Assembly (NCBI RefSeq): GCF_000143415.4
Contig: NW_003314310.1
Location: 1 to 64,000 of the forward strand
Direction: 5' to 3'
Length of the DNA stretch: 64,000 nucleotides
DNA from: Selaginella moellendorffii
Lineage: Eukaryota > Plantae > Lycopodiophyta
Below, piece by piece: positions 59,991 through 64,000 of the stretch (position 1 is its first letter; the number at the start of each line of letters is the position of its first letter). The notes beneath the pieces are model-generated. The model worked only from the letters and a program-made list of their open reading frames with translations, had not been told where the DNA came from and searched no databases. The position numbers and the translations under genes were made by a program.

Positions 59991-61799
59991 CTTTATCAAG
60001 TCTACCACTCTTGGAGGAGCATACACACTCACAGATGAGACTGGACAGGAGCTCCCTCACTCTCACAATAACTCCCATCTCAAGTTGTTTCAGTGGTGAG
60101 ATCTTTCTATTTTCTCTTTTCTTTTTATTTCTTCTCTCTTTCTTGCTTTTATTTCTGCTCTCACTCTTCTTACATCTTTCTTCAGGCCAGGGAATCATGT
60201 GGATCAAGTCTCTTTCCATGGTGAACACACTTTGGCTGCATTATCAATTATATGAAGACTCCTCAACTCTTGCTAATTTGTGCTTTATTTCTTTGGCTTC
60301 TTTCCTTACATCAATTCCATCCTCACATTCTCATCACCACTCTATATCATCCATGCTCTAAAATTCCCTTCCACACACTCACACTATTGTTGCCCAGCTC
60401 TCACTACACATACCTAATGTACTCTTTCACATTTTCCGCCATTCATCATCTATTCATACTAGACACTTGGGGACAACACTTTATCATAAAGGCTCTTCCA
60501 GACAAGTAGCAACAAAAATTAAGACATTCTCATGCACAACATACAAGATATCTGATGGATCAGTCACATGCTGCAACTTTCTTTTCTTTGGAGTTGATTT
60601 CTTCTTCACTAAGAGATCCTGACCACAGCAAGCATCCATTCTCTATGCTTTCTTTTTCATTCTCGGTCAAAGTTTTGAGCACAGACTACATGAGCTTGAG
60701 GCGTCATTAGCATATTCATTTTGTAGAGTGTGGGAGCCAAGTTTAAACTTGTTTCCATTTGGTTTTCTTGCTCTTTTTTCCTTATTTTTCCCTCTTCTCC
60801 TACTTTTTTGAGTCTCTAATTCAACTACATAGTTTCCTATTGGGTTTTCTCTATATCTTTGAATTTTAAACTCCTCTCCCATCTTTTACTTTCATCTCCA
60901 TTTTTTTTTACTTTTACTTTCAATTTTTCTTTTGTTGTTTTCTTTTCCATTTTCTTTGTTTCAGTAGTCACCCTCTCTGGACACTTCATTCTAGCATATG
61001 GGACCATCTCAGCTGTGGGTTCTTACATGCTGAAGTCTTATACATCCCACCAGTGGTTGCTTGTTGTAGTGCTAGCTCATCATTGCCTTCTCCTTGCATT
61101 ATGGTTTATATTCTGGCTTGAGAGAACATAGGGAATATTCTATGCCCTTGTAATATTCCCTCATCCTTGTATAAGAGAGGCTTAAGTATAAGGTTCCACC
61201 CCATTTTCTCTTGCACTTGAGTTTGGAGCTACAACTTTGTGAGCATGTGAAGGATGGATCCACAGTTGGGGATGAAAAATGCCCCAACACTCTTTCCATA
61301 TTTTTCTTGACTTTTTCTTTCACATTAGGTTTTAGTTTGACTACAAGGTTTCCCATCGAGTTTTCTTCCTTATCTTCAAACTTCACACTACCCTTTTCTT
61401 TTTCTTTTTCCATTTTGTTTTCCAGAGTTTCTATTAGTTTACCTAATTACCAGTAGTTGGGATCAGTAGTAGAGGTACACTCTACACTCTTCGGAGGGTT
61501 CTCATGTGTCTGAAGCCAATGCAATCCACCATGGCCACATGTTAAGGCATGGCCACTTAGAGAGTGTGAGAGTGACAAAGAAAATATTTTGATTCCTAAA
61601 ATATTCCTAAAACATTCCTAATCTTCCTTGTATAAAACCCTTGCCTCACAAGGACAGGGGGGGGATTTGTAGAAAGATTGGAGCATTTTCTCATGTTTGA
61701 GCAAGCATTGCAGAAGCATCCCTCATTTCCCCAACAAAGCTTCTCTCCCTCACTTCTAAAGAATTGAAAGATTCTCTTATAAGGCTTTAAATACCCATT

Positions 61800-62800
61800 T
61801 AAGAGTCCAATCCAAATAGCATGAAGTAGCAATCTTGGTGGTTGATAACCATATTGACCAAAATCTCTTCCGTCCAATTTGAATTGACAAAATCCCAAAT
61901 GAACCCCAAAGTATACATAGGTTCACCACTCACCCCAATAATTGTTGCTGATTTGAGCTCCACCAGATGCTCCAGCTTGAGGTGCTTCACAACCTCAAGG
62001 ACTAACTGATTAGCACTAGAATCTAGCAACACCTCAAGCTTTTGGCCACAAATCATTGTTTTCATAATTGCATGAGGTTGTTCTGGATAATCCTTCTCAA
62101 ACATGGCAAAAGCACCACTAAGGCCCTCCAGCCATCAATAGTAATGAGGATCTGCTGGAGCTGAAATTGTACAAGAGATTCCTTTATATACTTTGTCATC
62201 TCTTGAGTTCAGTATTTGGCTCCCTTGGAGGTGGTTTTATCCTTTCTTCCATAGCCTTGGCCTTCTCAGCTGCAGTCCTCTTGTTACATTCTTCAATTCT
62301 TCTGTTTTCATTCTCAAGTATGAATCATATACAATCACAGATCCTCTTCTTCATTATTGTGTTTAGAATCTAGCTCATCTGTCTCTTCCAACTCCACATT
62401 GCCAGCCTCATTGAGCTCCTTGGTCATACCATAATAGCAGCTTAAGTCCTCTAGTTAAGGGGGCAATCCCTAGCCCAATAATCCCCTTCATACTTGAAAT
62501 ATTTACCCTGTCTATTGCTTTAGACTTGATCTACCACCTTTTTACCAAAGGCCACCATCTGGGGTCCATTTTGAGTTGGGCTTTTGTTTCTTATGTGAGG
62601 TTTGTGGTCAAGCTCTTGACCTCCTTATGCAACTTTTCTGCAGTAGCATCTTCCACATTCTTCACTTGGTCTGTAAATTTCACCATCTTGTTCACCTTAG
62701 GAATCTCTGTCTTATAGATATCTTCTCCAAGTTTGAACTCAAGTGCTTGTGTTACTGCCTATGCATATGACTCCTATAAAGTGTTCTTCATACAATCTTT
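61800..62800 (-). pseudogene. Decayed Ty3/gypsy gag-protease fragment
   Basis: LEVLLDSSAN aspartic-protease-like motif in ORF 61799..62104. Confidence 0.55.
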
Positions 62801-64000
62801 CAATAGAGTCCTCAATCCTTCAAGAGAAATAACCAAGCAACCAAAGACAACAACTCAAAATATGAATTATAAGGGGTTTAAATAAAGAGGGAAAAGGCAA
62901 AGTGTACCCTCTTTTCCAATTAGTTAAGGGCATTGGGCTACTTAGGGTTAAGTGTCCTTGGGTTTGAATAGTATTGAGCTAAATAACCTCTTGGGAAGTT
63001 TAAATTTAGGAGCTTACATTTGGTATCATATAAAGTCTCAAGTCTAACTCTGTTAGTTCGCTAGGGAAATCATATTATATGTTGAAATTAATATTTAGTA
63101 GGTTTAATTTGCCTATGGCTCGAAGGGGTAGGGTGTCAAGAGAGTGAGGCTCTCAGGAGACCTATGCTCTCTTGACACCTATGGCAAAGAGAAGGCCAAA
63201 TTCAGGAGCATATAGGCCTCAATTGCATTGTAAGGCAACTCAAGGCATTTGTAAAAGTCTGGACAGTTTCACTGCTGAATGACCTTCTGAGGAGAAGTCT
63301 AAATTCAGGAGCTTACAAAGCCCAATTACATTGCAAGCCAACTTAGGGCATTTGCAAAATTCCAGACAGTCTTACTGTTTTTCTGAGTGCTTGTGGCAAG
63401 TTCATATAGGAGTCTTCAATTATCAAAGTTGAGAAACCAATCTCTAAACTTCCACTCAAGCCAATGGTGCCTAATCTCACATCCCTCTGGATCCCCTAGG
63501 AAATCTTCCTTTCAAGAATTCCACTAAACCTTGGCCAGTCCAATGGACATTGCACTTTCAGCCCATAGCAAAGTGTTGTAGTCTAACTAACCATTCAATT
63601 TTGCTATGAAAAAGGTTGCCAACCAGTTTTGATTCTCAATTGGTTTACCATCTCCCTTGAAACTAGGCAATTTAAACTTGCTAAAGATAGTGGCATCTCA
63701 TTCACATGGTGTAGTAAGACCTCATAATCCTCTAAACATCCTAGGAGGATTTATCAATTGTCCTTAGCATACACTTCAAACATAGAGCTGTAAGCAACTA
63801 AGAGATGAGGATCTTACTTCTAGTGAACACTTAAGTATCTGCATAGCTTAGTTCTTTTATTCCCCAACTAGAATAATGATTTCCCCCAAATCCTTGTTAT
63901 CCTCTAGCACAAATTCTCCTTGCACAACTCCTAGGGAATATCCACACATCTTCACATCACACCCTTCAATCAAACATGACTTTGACTATTTCAAGGGTTT

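Overview
Repeat-dense eukaryotic nuclear DNA, most likely from a non-seed land plant. Very short introns (mostly 47-61 nt), plant-type iMet PBSs, TTTAGGG telo-boxes and a PROT-aRH-RT Tat-type Ty3 layout are compatible with a lycophyte such as Selaginella (inference). Left to right: the 5' part of a Crinkler-like P-loop NTPase gene; decayed Ty1/copia and Ty3/gypsy fragments; a decayed BED-finger hAT transposase gene split by a ~28 kb nest of insertions; then more Ty3 relics, a solo LTR and a TRIM. The nest holds non-coding ~1.1-kb-LTR retroelements in inverted and tandem arrangement, a TRIM, and the main object of interest: a 13.0-kb DNA transposon (26224-39237) with perfect 24-bp TIRs and a TTTT target duplication supported by an empty site in the same window. 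It encodes an intact 1022-aa Sola-like DDD transposase and, divergently, an ~11-exon cargo gene that appears to fuse a ParB/Srx-like domain, a degenerate beta-class DNA methyltransferase-like fold and an FCP1/NIF-type HAD phosphatase. About 26 copies of a 20-bp palindrome (TGGCRTG-N6-CAYGCCA) are scattered through its introns, UTRs and exons, and I saw none outside it. This suggests a self-targeting protein-plus-binding-site system; the function is unproven. Two 100-N assembly gaps lie at 23672-23771 and 38597-38696. All domain assignments are by eye, with no searches run.
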